Positions 39,413 to 49,634 of a DNA stretch of 64,000 bases are shown here, piece by piece. Each line of letters starts with the position of its first letter. Positions within the stretch are counted from its first letter, which is position 1. A program made the translations under genes and the position numbers. The notes beneath the pieces were generated by a model, which was not told the origin of the DNA, ran no database searches, and saw nothing but the letters and a program-made list of their open reading frames with translations. Source of the stretch: a virus (lineage: Duplodnaviria; Caudoviricetes); the IMG/VR virus record IMGVR_UViG_3300026035_000001, positions 1,634-65,633 of that record; one strand, 5' to 3'.

Positions 39413-39798
39413 TTCGCGAGCGCTCTGCCCTTGCGCGGCAGGCCCAGCAGATGTTCCACGATCACCTCGTCGGAATTTATGCTTGGGACCAAGCGAGGAT
39501 CGCCAAGCCGCGCGAGGTGGCGCGGCAGCCCGGGCAACAGAGGGAAGCTGGTAAATTCCACGACCAGATTTCGATCAGGCTCGGCCAGTTCGATATCGAG
39601 ATCATGGGACCGTTCGAGGACCCGCAATGGCCATGCGGGATGGTGCGCGTAAAGTTGGGTAAACTCTCGCTTGACGGCCCGCTCGATGCTAAGACGTGGC
39701 TGCAAGTCGCAAATTTCATAAAAGAACATCGCAACGAGGAATTGGAATATGGCGGTTCAGCCGAGAATGCTGCAAGCGGAGCAGATTGGGGACGTTGA
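39409..39798 (+). CDS. hypothetical protein
   Basis: ATGA coupling to the portal gene. Confidence 0.65.
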   Translation: MIRERSALARQAQQMFHDHLVGIYAWDQARIAKPREVARQPGQQREAGKFHDQISIRLGQFDIEIMGPFEDPQWPCGMVRVKLGKLSLDGPLDAKTWLQVANFIKEHRNEELEYGGSAENAASGADWGR

Positions 39799-41014
39799 CG
39801 AAGGAACGCCTGTCGAGAGCCGCGATGAGTTCGGGTTTAACGCGGAAGAACGCGCGGCATGGGATGCCATGCAAGCGGGACCGGCTGATGGTGATGGTCC
39901 GGCCGAGCCGGAGCCAGCGTCGGACCCGGAGCCGACAGAGCCTGCGCCTGATGCCCCGCCGGCCGATCCCGCCGCCGTAGCGCCGCCGGCCGAGGAGGAC
40001 GATGATGCGCCCGACGTCATCACCACGGACCCGAAGACCGGCAAGCAGCAAAAGACGATCAATTATGGCAAGCACCAGCGCCTGATCACCAAGGCGCAGA
40101 AGCAGGCCGAAGATGCGCGCCTCCTCGCGGAGCAGCAGCGCGTCGACAATGCGAAGCTCGCCGAGCGGCTTGCGATCCTCAATGAAGCGCTGATGGCGCC
40201 GCCGCCTTCATCCGCACCGGCGGCACCGGCGGCTCCGGCAAATCCCATGCTGGAGCCGACGATCAATCCGGCCGAAGACGCTATTGCAGCCCTTGACCAA
40301 ATGCAGCGCCGTCAGGTGTGGTTGGCCGAGAGCTCGATGCAGGTCCAGGAACAGACGCAGGAGCAACTCCAGGACCAGCAGGTTGTCGCCGATTTCACCC
40401 GCGACACGCAGACATTTGCGCGCACCGAGGAGGGGCGGCATTTCTTCGGCGATGAGGGCGCCTATCAGTTCCTCAAAAACAGCCGGTTGATAGAGCTCGG
40501 CATCTCGCTGTTCGACAAGGACCCGACCGACCCGAACGCGGTCTTTTCCCAGACCGAGATCAACAAAATGGTCGCGGATTACAACGCCGAGGAAAAGTGG
40601 GTTGTGACCAATGCTCTGAAGGGCGGAAAGTCGCCCTCCATGGCGATCATGAAGCTGGCGCGCGGCCGCGGCTGGAAAGCGCCGGCCGCTGCAGCACCGG
40701 CACCGCCCGCACCGGCGCCAGCCGCGCGCGCCGCAGCGCCGGCAGTCCCGGGATTGGCGCGGCCACCGGCTGCAGCCCCACCACGCGCGCCGGCAGCGGC
40801 AGCGCCAGCCAGCGCGGCAGCCAAACTCCAGGCCGAGATCGACGGTGCGGCGGCGTCGCGCTCGCTGTCCGATGGTGGCGGATCGCCGCCGGCCGAGCCG
40901 CTCACGCCTGAGGCGCTGTTGCGCATGAACGATGAGGAGTTCGGCCGCTATGTCGACAGCCTGCCGAAAGACCGGCTCGACGCGATCATGGGCAAGCAAT
41001 TCCCTGGCCGGTGA
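39749..41014 (+). CDS. capsid scaffolding protein (putative)
   Basis: Acidic, Pro/Ala-rich and coiled-coil; lies between portal and MCP. Confidence 0.7.
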   Translation: MAVQPRMLQAEQIGDVDEGTPVESRDEFGFNAEERAAWDAMQAGPADGDGPAEPEPASDPEPTEPAPDAPPADPAAVAPPAEEDDDAPDVITTDPKTGKQQKTINYGKHQRLITKAQKQAEDARLLAEQQRVDNAKLAERLAILNEALMAPPPSSAPAAPAAPANPMLEPTINPAEDAIAALDQMQRRQVWLAESSMQVQEQTQEQLQDQQVVADFTRDTQTFARTEEGRHFFGDEGAYQFLKNSRLIELGISLFDKDPTDPNAVFSQTEINKMVADYNAEEKWVVTNALKGGKSPSMAIMKLARGRGWKAPAAAAPAPPAPAPAARAAAPAVPGLARPPAAAPPRAPAAAAPASAAAKLQAEIDGAAASRSLSDGGGSPPAEPLTPEALLRMNDEEFGRYVDSLPKDRLDAIMGKQFPGR

Positions 41015-41020
41015 ACTCGC

Positions 41021-41256
41021 TTGACGGCGCAACAATCTTTCGCTAGGAGTGTTGCACGCGGGGACTGCGGGAAGTGTCCCACCTCTTTTCTGGCTGCTGT
41101 CGCCATATCCTCCGGGGATTAAAAGCACAGAGGCTCCGCCGCCATCGGCGAGGATATCGCTCGCAGCGAGCGTTAATCGTTTGCACCCAGCACTGATCTT
41201 AATCGCGCCTTTGCGCCCCCACGGGGGCGTGCTCGCGCCAGCAGGGGTGCCCCGCG
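41021..41256 (+). promoter_or_regulatory. promoter plus ~200-nt structured leader of the capsid gene
   Basis: TTGACG-N17-TAGGAG; hairpins GGGAC/GTGTCCC, CTCGC/GCGAG, GCCCC/GGGGC. Confidence 0.5.
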
Positions 41257-42369
41257 ATGGGAACCACGAATTTTCCTGTCAACGACGCAATGGCGGTCAA
41301 GCTTTGGTCGCGCGTTCTTGACCACGAAGCGCTGAAGTACACGGCGATCGGGCCGTTGATGGGTGACGACGAAAACTCGATCATCCATATGCAGGACTCG
41401 CTCTCAAAGGGCCCCGGCGACGCGATCACCTATGCGATCGTGATGCAGCTGTCGCAGGCCGGTTTCTCGGAGAACCAGTTGGCCGAGGGTAACGGCGAAT
41501 CGCTGACCACCTATAGCGACCAGCTTGTCATCAACGAGCTCATGGCGGTGGCGGGCGTGAAGTCGCGCCGCACGATCGACCAGCAGCGCGTGCCGTGGGA
41601 CCTCCGCAACACCGCTAAGGGCCGGCTGGGCGACTGGTACGCCAAGCGCTACTCGGTAGCCTTCTTCAATCAGGTGTGCGGCTACACCCCGCAGGTCGAT
41701 ACCCGTTTTACCGGGTTGAATCCGGTGACTGCGGCATCGACCACGCGTATCATTCGCCAGTCGAACCGGGCATCCGACGATCTGCTCGTGGCCGGCGACA
41801 CCTTCACCTTGGACATGCTCGACAAGGCGAAGGAATTGGCGATCACGGCCACGCCGATGATCCGACCGATCAAGATCAAGGGTACCTCGCCGCGCAGCAA
41901 CGGCCGCAGCGATTACAACAACACGCTTGAGGATATGTACTGCGCATATCTTCACCCGTACCAAGTCACCGCGCTTCGCCGCAACACGGCGACCGGCCAG
42001 TTCCTCGATCTTCAGAAGGCGGCCTCGATGGGCCGCGAAGAGACCGGGAACAAGATTTTCTCCGGCGCGATCGGCGTCTACAATGCCGTGATCATGCGGT
42101 CCTCGATCGACGTCAGCGACGGCGTGTCGGCGGCAGGCGCCGATGTCGCGACCGTGCGGCGCGCAGTGCTGCTCGGCGGGCAGGCCGCGATGATGGGCTT
42201 CGGCCGCGACAATGGGCCGAACAAGATCACGTGGAACGAGGAGCTTTTCGACCACAAGCGCCGGCTCGAAATCTCCGCGCTCACCATCCATGGTCTGAAA
42301 AAGACCCGGTACAACAACGTCGACTACGGCACGGTGGTCATGTCCACCTACGCCCAGCCGGCCGTTTAA
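41257..42369 (+). CDS. major capsid protein (N4-gp56/DUF4043 family)
   Basis: AVKLWSR...DSLSKGPGDAIT...AEGNGESL...GAIGVYNAVI...RAVLLGGQA...GLKKTRYN...DYGTVV. Confidence 0.9.
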   Translation: MGTTNFPVNDAMAVKLWSRVLDHEALKYTAIGPLMGDDENSIIHMQDSLSKGPGDAITYAIVMQLSQAGFSENQLAEGNGESLTTYSDQLVINELMAVAGVKSRRTIDQQRVPWDLRNTAKGRLGDWYAKRYSVAFFNQVCGYTPQVDTRFTGLNPVTAASTTRIIRQSNRASDDLLVAGDTFTLDMLDKAKELAITATPMIRPIKIKGTSPRSNGRSDYNNTLEDMYCAYLHPYQVTALRRNTATGQFLDLQKAASMGREETGNKIFSGAIGVYNAVIMRSSIDVSDGVSAAGADVATVRRAVLLGGQAAMMGFGRDNGPNKITWNEELFDHKRRLEISALTIHGLKKTRYNNVDYGTVVMSTYAQPAV

Positions 42370-42384
42370 GGGAGGGTCTGTGAC

Positions 42385-42801
42385 ATGACCACGGGTGTCG
42401 CTGGAGTCGCTGACCGCGTTGATCCGCGTCAAGTGACGAACACGCTGAAGAAGACGGTCAACTGGAACGACAACGCGGCGAACGTCGCCGCGGCCTTCGC
42501 CAACTACCTCCCCCAGGGCGCGTTTCTGACGCGCACGCTGGTCGAGGTGGTGACCGCCTTCAACGGCACCACGCCAACGGTTGCAATCGGCACCGTCGGC
42601 GCCGCCTACAACAACATTGTCGCCGCCGGTGACGTCAACTGGGGCGTTGCGGGCGTTTACGAGGCCACGCGCGGTCTCGGCCGCTCGCTCACCGCAGCAG
42701 CGGCGGTGCTTCCCTTCGCGCTCTACAACAATGGCGGCGGCGGCCCATCGGCGGGCCAAGCCATCATTGTGATCGAGTACGAGGGCGGCTGGCAGTCGTA
42801 A
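42385..42801 (+). CDS. capsid decoration/cement-like protein
   Basis: Beta-rich LPQGAFLTR..VEVVTAFN..VAIG...GQAIIVIEY directly after MCP. Confidence 0.65.
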   Translation: MTTGVAGVADRVDPRQVTNTLKKTVNWNDNAANVAAAFANYLPQGAFLTRTLVEVVTAFNGTTPTVAIGTVGAAYNNIVAAGDVNWGVAGVYEATRGLGRSLTAAAAVLPFALYNNGGGGPSAGQAIIVIEYEGGWQS

Positions 42802-42813
42802 GGGAGAAGGACC

Positions 42814-43206
42814 ATGAATTTTCTGCGCTCACTCAAGGCGATCCCGGCGGCTCTCGCCGCCCTGGTCGTGGCCTCGGCGATCAGCTGGGCAGCCTTCACC
42901 TTCTCGACGGACCGCATCATCGGCACCGGTGTTGCGGCTCCGGCGCTCACGTCCTGCGGCACCTCCCCGGCGATCACCGGCACCGATCTGGCGGGTACCG
43001 TCACGATGGGTACCGGCACCCCGACCGGTTGCGTGATCACGTTCAACGTGCCGAAGACCACCGCGCCGCATTGCCTCGTGGTCTGGATCGCAACCCCGCT
43101 GGCTTCGCAGTCCTATGCGACGTCGGCCACCGCCATCACGTTGACCCAGACCGCGACGTCTTCGAACGTCGTGAAGTATTTCTGCGTCGACGTGGCAGGC
43201 GGATAA
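42814..43206 (+). CDS. signal-peptide-bearing structural-module protein
   Basis: MNFLRSLKAIPAALAALVVASAISWA|A; Thr/Gly-rich beta mature part. Confidence 0.75.
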   Translation: MNFLRSLKAIPAALAALVVASAISWAAFTFSTDRIIGTGVAAPALTSCGTSPAITGTDLAGTVTMGTGTPTGCVITFNVPKTTAPHCLVVWIATPLASQSYATSATAITLTQTATSSNVVKYFCVDVAGG

Positions 43207-43222
43207 TCGTTTCCTCCAACTG

Positions 43223-43251
43223 GCCGGGGCCTCCAGGCTCCGGCACCTTTT
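43223..43251 (+). terminator. putative terminator
   Basis: GCCGGGGCC-TCCA-GGCTCCGGC then ACCTTTT. Confidence 0.5.
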
Positions 43252-43266
43252 GACGCGAGGGCAGAC

Positions 43267-43752
43267 ATGCTGAAGCGACTTTTCAATTCCGCCGCGGCAG
43301 GCTTGGTCTTCGCGCTGGCGGCTCTGGTAACGGGCGCCTTCGCGCTGTCGATCACCGGGCGCGATAGCCAGTTCCAGCGCTCGATCTTGCAGGCTGGCAT
43401 CCCGGCGGTGTCGACCGAACTAGCGATCACCGCCTCGACCACCCAGACCCTTGCTGGAGCCTATCAGCTATCAGCTGGTTTCAGTCAGGTTGGAACGGCA
43501 AGTTCGAATGATGCTGTGAAGCTTCCGTCGCTGACCGCGTTGGGCTCTCCGAGCAATCTTGATGCATCGCTCAATATGGTCATCGCCAACAATACGGCGA
43601 ACTCGATCACGGTATTTCCGTTTGCATCGACCGATGTCATCGTGGTTGGCAACACCGCATTGGGCGCTGGTGCAGCCTTCACCTTGACGACGCTGAAGGT
43701 GATGGAATGCTGGTCGGCCAGCAGCGGGCGGTGGTATTGCACTGCGAGTTGA
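43267..43752 (+). CDS. signal-peptide-bearing structural-module protein
   Basis: MLKRLFNSAAAGLVFALAALVTGAFA|L; DAVKLP...IANNTANSITVFP fibre-like motif. Confidence 0.75.
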   Translation: MLKRLFNSAAAGLVFALAALVTGAFALSITGRDSQFQRSILQAGIPAVSTELAITASTTQTLAGAYQLSAGFSQVGTASSNDAVKLPSLTALGSPSNLDASLNMVIANNTANSITVFPFASTDVIVVGNTALGAGAAFTLTTLKVMECWSASSGRWYCTAS

Positions 43753-43789
43753 TGTGGCTGATGCTATAGTCGGCCCATAGGAGGCTGCT

Positions 43790-44506
43790 GTGGCAAACGA
43801 TCTTGCGGCGATGGTGTTTCGCATCGCGGCCGAACTCGGCTCCAGGTTTGATCTGGCAGGTGCTGTGGGATCGGCGAGCCAATCGGCGCCGAATGCGGAG
43901 GCGATCCGCAATGCGATCACCACGGCTATCTCCGAGTACCAGAAAGAGCGCTTTCGGTTCAACGAAATCGACCCGTCGGTGCCCTCGACGTTCTCGACTG
44001 TCGCGCTGCGCTCGGTCTACACGAACGCCGATTCGCCGCTGATCGGGACGGCCTTCTATTTCGATTACCTCAACATCCAAATCGGCAACACACTTCAGCA
44101 ACTGGGCCGCGTTACGCCCGAGCAGCAGCACCTCAATATCCAGCTATACAACCAGTTCGGATTCCCATCGTCATGGGCCTATGAGGGCAACTCGATCATT
44201 CTCTATCCGGTGCCAGACACGGCCTACACGCTCTACATCGGCGCCCACCTCAACCTTGCGGCGCCGGCAACCGACAATGAGGCCGGCAACCCGTGGATGA
44301 CGTCGGCGGAGGCTCTGATTCGCTCGCGCGCGAAATACGAGATCGCCACCCATGTGACCCGCAACCCGGCGATGGTGAAGGCCATGTCTCCGCTGCCTGA
44401 TGGCAACGATGGGCGCCCTGGCGCGACCTATATGTTCTGGCGCTCACTGAAGGGTGAGGCCAACAAGGTGACCGGGACCAGCCGCATCAAGCCGATGAGG
44501 TTCTGA
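43790..44506 (+). CDS. head-tail adaptor (putative)
   Basis: IRNAITTAISEYQKERFRFNE...ILYPVPDTAYTL...NPWMTSAEALIRSRAK. Confidence 0.7.
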   Translation: MANDLAAMVFRIAAELGSRFDLAGAVGSASQSAPNAEAIRNAITTAISEYQKERFRFNEIDPSVPSTFSTVALRSVYTNADSPLIGTAFYFDYLNIQIGNTLQQLGRVTPEQQHLNIQLYNQFGFPSSWAYEGNSIILYPVPDTAYTLYIGAHLNLAAPATDNEAGNPWMTSAEALIRSRAKYEIATHVTRNPAMVKAMSPLPDGNDGRPGATYMFWRSLKGEANKVTGTSRIKPMRF

Positions 44507-46212
44507 TGCCGGCCAATATCGTCAAATTCCCGCCCTACGCTCCCGATGTGACCGATCTCGGTACGGACACCTCGGCCCTGGTGCTCAACTGTGTGCCACG
44601 GTCGGACGGCTATGGCCCGATGCCGAGCCTGCAATCATTCACGCAGGCGCTGCCGGCGGCGTGCCGCGGCTATTTTTTCGCGCGCAAATCCGACGGATCG
44701 ATTGCGGTGTTCGCAGGTACTGCGACGGAGCTCTACCTTCTCAACAACACGGACTTTTCGTGGGTGGTGGTATCGAAGGCGACCTACTCACCGCTGGTCT
44801 CGACCGATAATTGGCAGTTCGTGCAGTTCAACGATCTCGTCATCGCAGTACAGGCCAACACGCCTCCGCAGAAGTTCGCGCTGTCGAGCTCAACGCAATT
44901 CGCGGACCTCGGCGGCTCGCCTCCGGCGGCCGGCGGCGTGGCGGTGGTAGGCTTCTTCGTGGTGCTGACCAATCTGGTCACAAATTCGCGCCGCGTGCAG
45001 TGGAGCGATCTGTCGGGACCGGAGACCTGGACCGCAGGCGTAGGCCTGTCCGACTTCGAAGACCTCCCCGACGGCGGCCAGACCATCGGTGTCTCGGGTG
45101 GCGATGCCTATGGCGTTGTGTTCCAGGAAAGCGCGATCCGCACGCTGATTTATGCGCCGGGCAGCCCAGCGATTTTCCAGATCAACCGCATCTCGACGCA
45201 GGAATCGCTTTTCGCGAAATATTCGATCATCAACGTTGGGAATCGGACCTTTTACTGCGGAGCGGCCGGCTTCAAGGAGATTGTCGGCGGGGGCGATCCC
45301 TCGCCGATTGGCAAGGATCAGGTCGACCAGACATTCTTTACCGACGTCGACCGTGGCAATTTGCAACTCGTGATTGGAGCATCCGATCCTACATCGACGA
45401 GGGTTTATTGGGCCTACAAGTCGCAGAGCGGCGATGCCGGGCTGTTCGACAAAATCCTCTGTTACGACTGGGCGCTGCGGCGGTGGTCTCCGCTTGAGGT
45501 ATCAGGCGAATATGTGGCATCGCTGGCAAAACCCGGCCTGACGCTCGAACAGTTGGATGCGATTGCCCCGGGCGCGCTCCAGGTAACGGGCGCCGCCAAC
45601 AACGGCTCCGGCCTGATCCGGCTGACGCTGAATGCGACATCGAACGCTTTTTTCAATATTGCCGGCCAGAACTTCATTGAAGTGCAAGGGGTGACGGGAA
45701 CGACGGAGGCTAATGGCTCCTGGCGCGTCAACATCATTGACGGCACGCATATTGATCTGATCGGGTCGGTCTTCGTAAATGCGTATGTCGCCGGTGGCGC
45801 GATCGGCGGATCGCTAGATGCTCTCACGTTTTCTCTCGACAGCATCTCAAAATCCTCGGTGGCGCAGCTGTCCGCTTTCAATTCGGCGCATCTGCTCGGG
45901 TTTTTCTCCGGCCCTAATCTTGAGGCGACGCTGGATACAGCGCAAATCGACACCGGAGGCCAAATGGTGTTCACCACGCAATTGATCCCGCTGACGGATT
46001 GCTCGATAGCCTTCGGGTCGATCGGCACCCGCAACAATGCGAACGCTGCGATCACCTACACCGCGGAGAGCCAGATCGACGACATGGGGCAAATCTCGAT
46101 CAACCCAACCGAATCTCGATATCAGCGCATGCGGCTGCGGCTGCCGGCGGGCGCAGGCTGGTCCTATGCCCGAGGCGTCCACCCCGACACGATTGTTGCC
46201 GGGGATCGCTGA
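44506..46212 (+). CDS. tail nozzle/tubular protein with FCCH-like insertion
   Basis: LNCVPRSDGYGP, WQFVQFND, VQWSD, LVVFQE-like propeller motifs; insertion VTGAANNGSGLIRLT...VTGTTEANGSW. Confidence 0.75.
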   Translation: MPANIVKFPPYAPDVTDLGTDTSALVLNCVPRSDGYGPMPSLQSFTQALPAACRGYFFARKSDGSIAVFAGTATELYLLNNTDFSWVVVSKATYSPLVSTDNWQFVQFNDLVIAVQANTPPQKFALSSSTQFADLGGSPPAAGGVAVVGFFVVLTNLVTNSRRVQWSDLSGPETWTAGVGLSDFEDLPDGGQTIGVSGGDAYGVVFQESAIRTLIYAPGSPAIFQINRISTQESLFAKYSIINVGNRTFYCGAAGFKEIVGGGDPSPIGKDQVDQTFFTDVDRGNLQLVIGASDPTSTRVYWAYKSQSGDAGLFDKILCYDWALRRWSPLEVSGEYVASLAKPGLTLEQLDAIAPGALQVTGAANNGSGLIRLTLNATSNAFFNIAGQNFIEVQGVTGTTEANGSWRVNIIDGTHIDLIGSVFVNAYVAGGAIGGSLDALTFSLDSISKSSVAQLSAFNSAHLLGFFSGPNLEATLDTAQIDTGGQMVFTTQLIPLTDCSIAFGSIGTRNNANAAITYTAESQIDDMGQISINPTESRYQRMRLRLPAGAGWSYARGVHPDTIVAGDR

Positions 46213-46571
46213 TGCTTCGTTCTGCTCTTGTTCTCACCGCTCTTGCTGCGGCCTCGCCGGCTATGGCCGATAGCATTCTGCCTCATCCTGCTGGTTGCCC
46301 GGCTCGACAGTTCTGCGGCTGCGGTGTGGCGGTGGCAGTGTTCGGTGCGCCGGTGCGGGCCTTATGGCTGGCTGCGGAATGGCCCAGGCGCTTCCCGCGC
46401 GCGCCGCCGGCTCCCGGCATGGTGGCTGCGCGCGCCCATCATGTGATGCTGCTACGTCAGCATATCGAAGGATCGATTTGGGTGGTATATGATCCGAACA
46501 GTGGGCGACATCGCACCCGCGAGCATGCGCGTTCGATCGCCGGCTATACGATTGTAAACCCGCATGGGTGA
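46212..46571 (+). CDS. secreted CHAP/NlpC-like Cys-His protein
   Basis: MLRSALVLTALAAASPAMA|D; FCGCG...LAAEW..FPR..PAPGMVAARAHHV...YDPNSG. Confidence 0.65.
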   Translation: MLRSALVLTALAAASPAMADSILPHPAGCPARQFCGCGVAVAVFGAPVRALWLAAEWPRRFPRAPPAPGMVAARAHHVMLLRQHIEGSIWVVYDPNSGRHRTREHARSIAGYTIVNPHG

Positions 46572-46580
46572 GGGCAGCGC

Positions 46581-49500
46581 GTGGCCGACGGATTTGGTTC
46601 TCTCATCACCGATATGTCGCCAGACGAGCAGGCCATGTCGCCGGAGACGTATCGGTCACCGCTTGGCAAGGTGGCGGTCGGGCTCCCTGCCATCATGGCG
46701 AAAAACCTGCTCTGGGACCTTCCGAAGCAGTTGATCGGCGCCGCCCAGGATAATCCGTTGCCGGGTCTGCGCCGCGAGGATTATACCGACATCCCAGGTA
46801 CCTCGCAGCCGGTTGACCCGCTGGTCGAGGCCTCGACGCAAACCGCGATGAACGCGCTCGGCACCGCCGCGCCATTCGCCAAGCCCGGAACGATCGGGGT
46901 GTTCGGAGGCAAATCGGCAAAAACGGCCGATCTGAATGCGCTGGCAGAGGCGCAGAAGATGCACGCTGCCGGCCACGACAAAGTTTCGATCTGGGATCAG
47001 ACCGGATGGTTCCAGGGCCCGGATCAAAAATGGCGGTTCGAAATCCCTGATAACCGCTCAGTGATGCCGACGGCGGCACAGGATGCTTTTAGCGGCGGGG
47101 GAGCACGCGCGGAGGGCCCCGCCTCATCTGTCCTATCGCATCCAGACCTTTATGCGGCCTATCCTGATTTGGCGAATATCCCGACAGTGGCAAAGCGTAA
47201 GGGAATGGGAGCTCCTCGGAGTGGGAGCATTGCCCGTGATCTCGGAGACATGCGCGTCGACGTTCCTACCGTCAGTGATGCGCGCGATGTCATGCTGCAT
47301 GAACTTCAGCATGCTGTGCAGGGCGAAGAGGGTTTCACTGCCGGTGGCAGCCCGTCGATGTTCAAGCCTCAAGAGGGAATTGAGGCATCCGATGCATTGG
47401 CGTGGCGGCGCGAACTTGAAGCGCAGCCCGCGCATTTGAGCATCCTGGAAAGGAATCAGGCAGCGGAAAAGGCCTATCGCGATGCTGGAATGGCGGATCA
47501 AATCCCGGGACAGCGCGTGCGCCAGCTTGCATCCGATCCAGAGAGCAACCCAACGGCAGAATTGTCCAGGATTGTCGAGCTTTATGGTCTCGATAAAAGA
47601 ACAAAACCGACATCAGCTGATAAGCTCTATAGGCAAATCCCAGGAGAGATCGAGGCGCGTAACGTGCAGCGGCGCAAGGATATGTCTCCGGAGGAGCGCC
47701 GGAAAATGCCGCCGTGGGTCACAGAGGATCGCGAGACAAGCCCGGGGCTCGCAAAAATGATGTTGCCGGCAAGTCGACAAGAGATGCTCGACGCGCCATA
47801 TTCTGATTGGCATTCAGCGATGGAGGGACCGACAAGTGGGCAAAAATCCGTATCCGAAGGACAGCCAGCAGCCGCCCCAGCCGGACAAATGGGACCCGGA
47901 GGAGGAGGGCCGCTTGGAGCAGGCAGCCTACCAGAAGCACAGGCAAAGGCAGCGCGGTGGTCAGGAGACCGAGCGCCCCTAGAGGGCATTCCTGGCCCGC
48001 TCAAGATCGGCGATGAGCATTTCGTTCCTGGCCCGATCGGGAAGGTTCATGACGTCGCCGACGCTTATATGCGGGAGCACTTCCCCGAGCGGCCCTACAA
48101 ACCCCCGACGAAGTACCATCAGATTGATCCGGAGCACTCGCAGGCTATCGCGCGCGCCTATGAGGACATGAAGCATACCCCGGACGATCCGGCCACCAAG
48201 GCATCCTATGATGCGCTGATCGACGAAACCGCAAAGCAATATGAGGCGATCAAGAAAACGGGCCTCAAGATCGAGCCAATCCGCGCAGATATGGAAGACC
48301 CTTACGCGGCCAACCCGCGGCTTGCGGCGCATGATGTCGCGGAAAATAATCATCTGTGGTTTTTCCCCACCGAACAGGGATTCGGCACGGTCAACAAGAT
48401 CAGCGATAATCCGATGTTGCGCAACACCGGAGAGAAGATCGGTCAGCACGATCTCCTGGCGAACGATATGTTCCGCATCGTCCACGACTACTTCGGCCAT
48501 CTGAAGGAAGGGCACGGCTTCCGCGCGGCCGGCGAGGACAATGCATGGCGCACGCACTCGGCGATGTATTCCGATCTGGCGCGGCCGGCGATGACGACGG
48601 AGACGCGCGGACAGAACTCATGGGTGAATTACGGCCCGCATGGCGAGAAGAACCGCAAGGCGAGTGCCGCTGATACCGTCTATGCCGATCAGAAGGTGGG
48701 CCTGATGCCGGAATGGACGATGCGCGACCGCGGCTCGCCGGAGCCGACTATTGCCTATCACGGTACGCCCTACGCCTTCACCCATTTCAACCCGGCGCGC
48801 ATCGGCGCCGGTGAGGGCAATCAGGCTTACGGCCATGGGCTCTATTTTGCCGAGCACTCGCCGGTGTCGGAATGGTATCGGCATCAGCTGGCCTCGCGGC
48901 GTGACCCGCTGCTGGAAAAATACGGGTTGAGCTCGGAGGACGGCGCGCGGATCGGAATCGATCTCGCCTCGACGAAGGGCGACACCGCGCCGGTGATCAA
49001 GGGGCTGAAAGCATATATCAAGGAAAACCAGAAGCGACAGGCCGACGGCGACACATCGAAGGCGACGGCCAATATCATCGATACATCGCAAAAAATGATC
49101 GCCTATATGCAGGACCCCGGGCGCCACAAGGGCCATATGTATCAGGTGGCGATCGACCACCCGCCGGAGCACTTCCTGGACTGGGACGCGGCGCTGAAGG
49201 ACCAGCACCCGACCATTCAACAGGCAGTGCGGCCGGTGCTGGAAGAACAGCGCGCCGCTCACGCGATCAAGCGGAAAGAGCTTCTGGCTCGCGGCACTGA
49301 CGCATTCGGAAAGCCGTTTAAGCCTGCGCGACTCAAGCAACTAACCGATGAACCGCGACCGCTCGACGAATTGAAGGGTGAAGACGTCTACCAAATGATG
49401 GGATTACCTGCGCGCGATCAAAGCGAGGCATTCGTCACGGCAGCGCAGCGGCTGAAGGAAAAGGGCGTTCCTGGCATCCGCTATCTCGATCAGGCCTCGC

Positions 49501-49634
49501 GTCTGGCCGGCGGCGGCACCAAGGCCACGCGCAATTTCGTCACCTTCGATGCACCGCGCATTTTGAAGCGCTACGCGATCCCAGGTGCGATCGGCGGCGC
49601 CGGTTTCGGTTCACTCGCGCAGCGGGATCAATAA
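46581..49634 (+). CDS. large polyvalent protein (LPD23-like, two zincin-like motifs, ART-PolyVal-like)
   Basis: QTGWFQGPDQKWRFEIPD; HELQHAVQ..EGF.GGSP; VHDYFGH...GE; AYHGT...G.GEG.QAYG.GLYFAE; GIRYLD...NFVTFD. GTG start. Confidence 0.8.
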   Translation: MADGFGSLITDMSPDEQAMSPETYRSPLGKVAVGLPAIMAKNLLWDLPKQLIGAAQDNPLPGLRREDYTDIPGTSQPVDPLVEASTQTAMNALGTAAPFAKPGTIGVFGGKSAKTADLNALAEAQKMHAAGHDKVSIWDQTGWFQGPDQKWRFEIPDNRSVMPTAAQDAFSGGGARAEGPASSVLSHPDLYAAYPDLANIPTVAKRKGMGAPRSGSIARDLGDMRVDVPTVSDARDVMLHELQHAVQGEEGFTAGGSPSMFKPQEGIEASDALAWRRELEAQPAHLSILERNQAAEKAYRDAGMADQIPGQRVRQLASDPESNPTAELSRIVELYGLDKRTKPTSADKLYRQIPGEIEARNVQRRKDMSPEERRKMPPWVTEDRETSPGLAKMMLPASRQEMLDAPYSDWHSAMEGPTSGQKSVSEGQPAAAPAGQMGPGGGGPLGAGSLPEAQAKAARWSGDRAPLEGIPGPLKIGDEHFVPGPIGKVHDVADAYMREHFPERPYKPPTKYHQIDPEHSQAIARAYEDMKHTPDDPATKASYDALIDETAKQYEAIKKTGLKIEPIRADMEDPYAANPRLAAHDVAENNHLWFFPTEQGFGTVNKISDNPMLRNTGEKIGQHDLLANDMFRIVHDYFGHLKEGHGFRAAGEDNAWRTHSAMYSDLARPAMTTETRGQNSWVNYGPHGEKNRKASAADTVYADQKVGLMPEWTMRDRGSPEPTIAYHGTPYAFTHFNPARIGAGEGNQAYGHGLYFAEHSPVSEWYRHQLASRRDPLLEKYGLSSEDGARIGIDLASTKGDTAPVIKGLKAYIKENQKRQADGDTSKATANIIDTSQKMIAYMQDPGRHKGHMYQVAIDHPPEHFLDWDAALKDQHPTIQQAVRPVLEEQRAAHAIKRKELLARGTDAFGKPFKPARLKQLTDEPRPLDELKGEDVYQMMGLPARDQSEAFVTAAQRLKEKGVPGIRYLDQASRLAGGGTKATRNFVTFDAPRILKRYAIPGAIGGAGFGSLAQRDQ

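Noticed and set aside
1889-41075. Identical 12-mer ACTGCGGGAAGT in two non-coding structured regions (1889 and 41064)
   Set aside because: A single 12-nt match is roughly expected by chance in GC-rich non-coding DNA, and the flanking structures differ.
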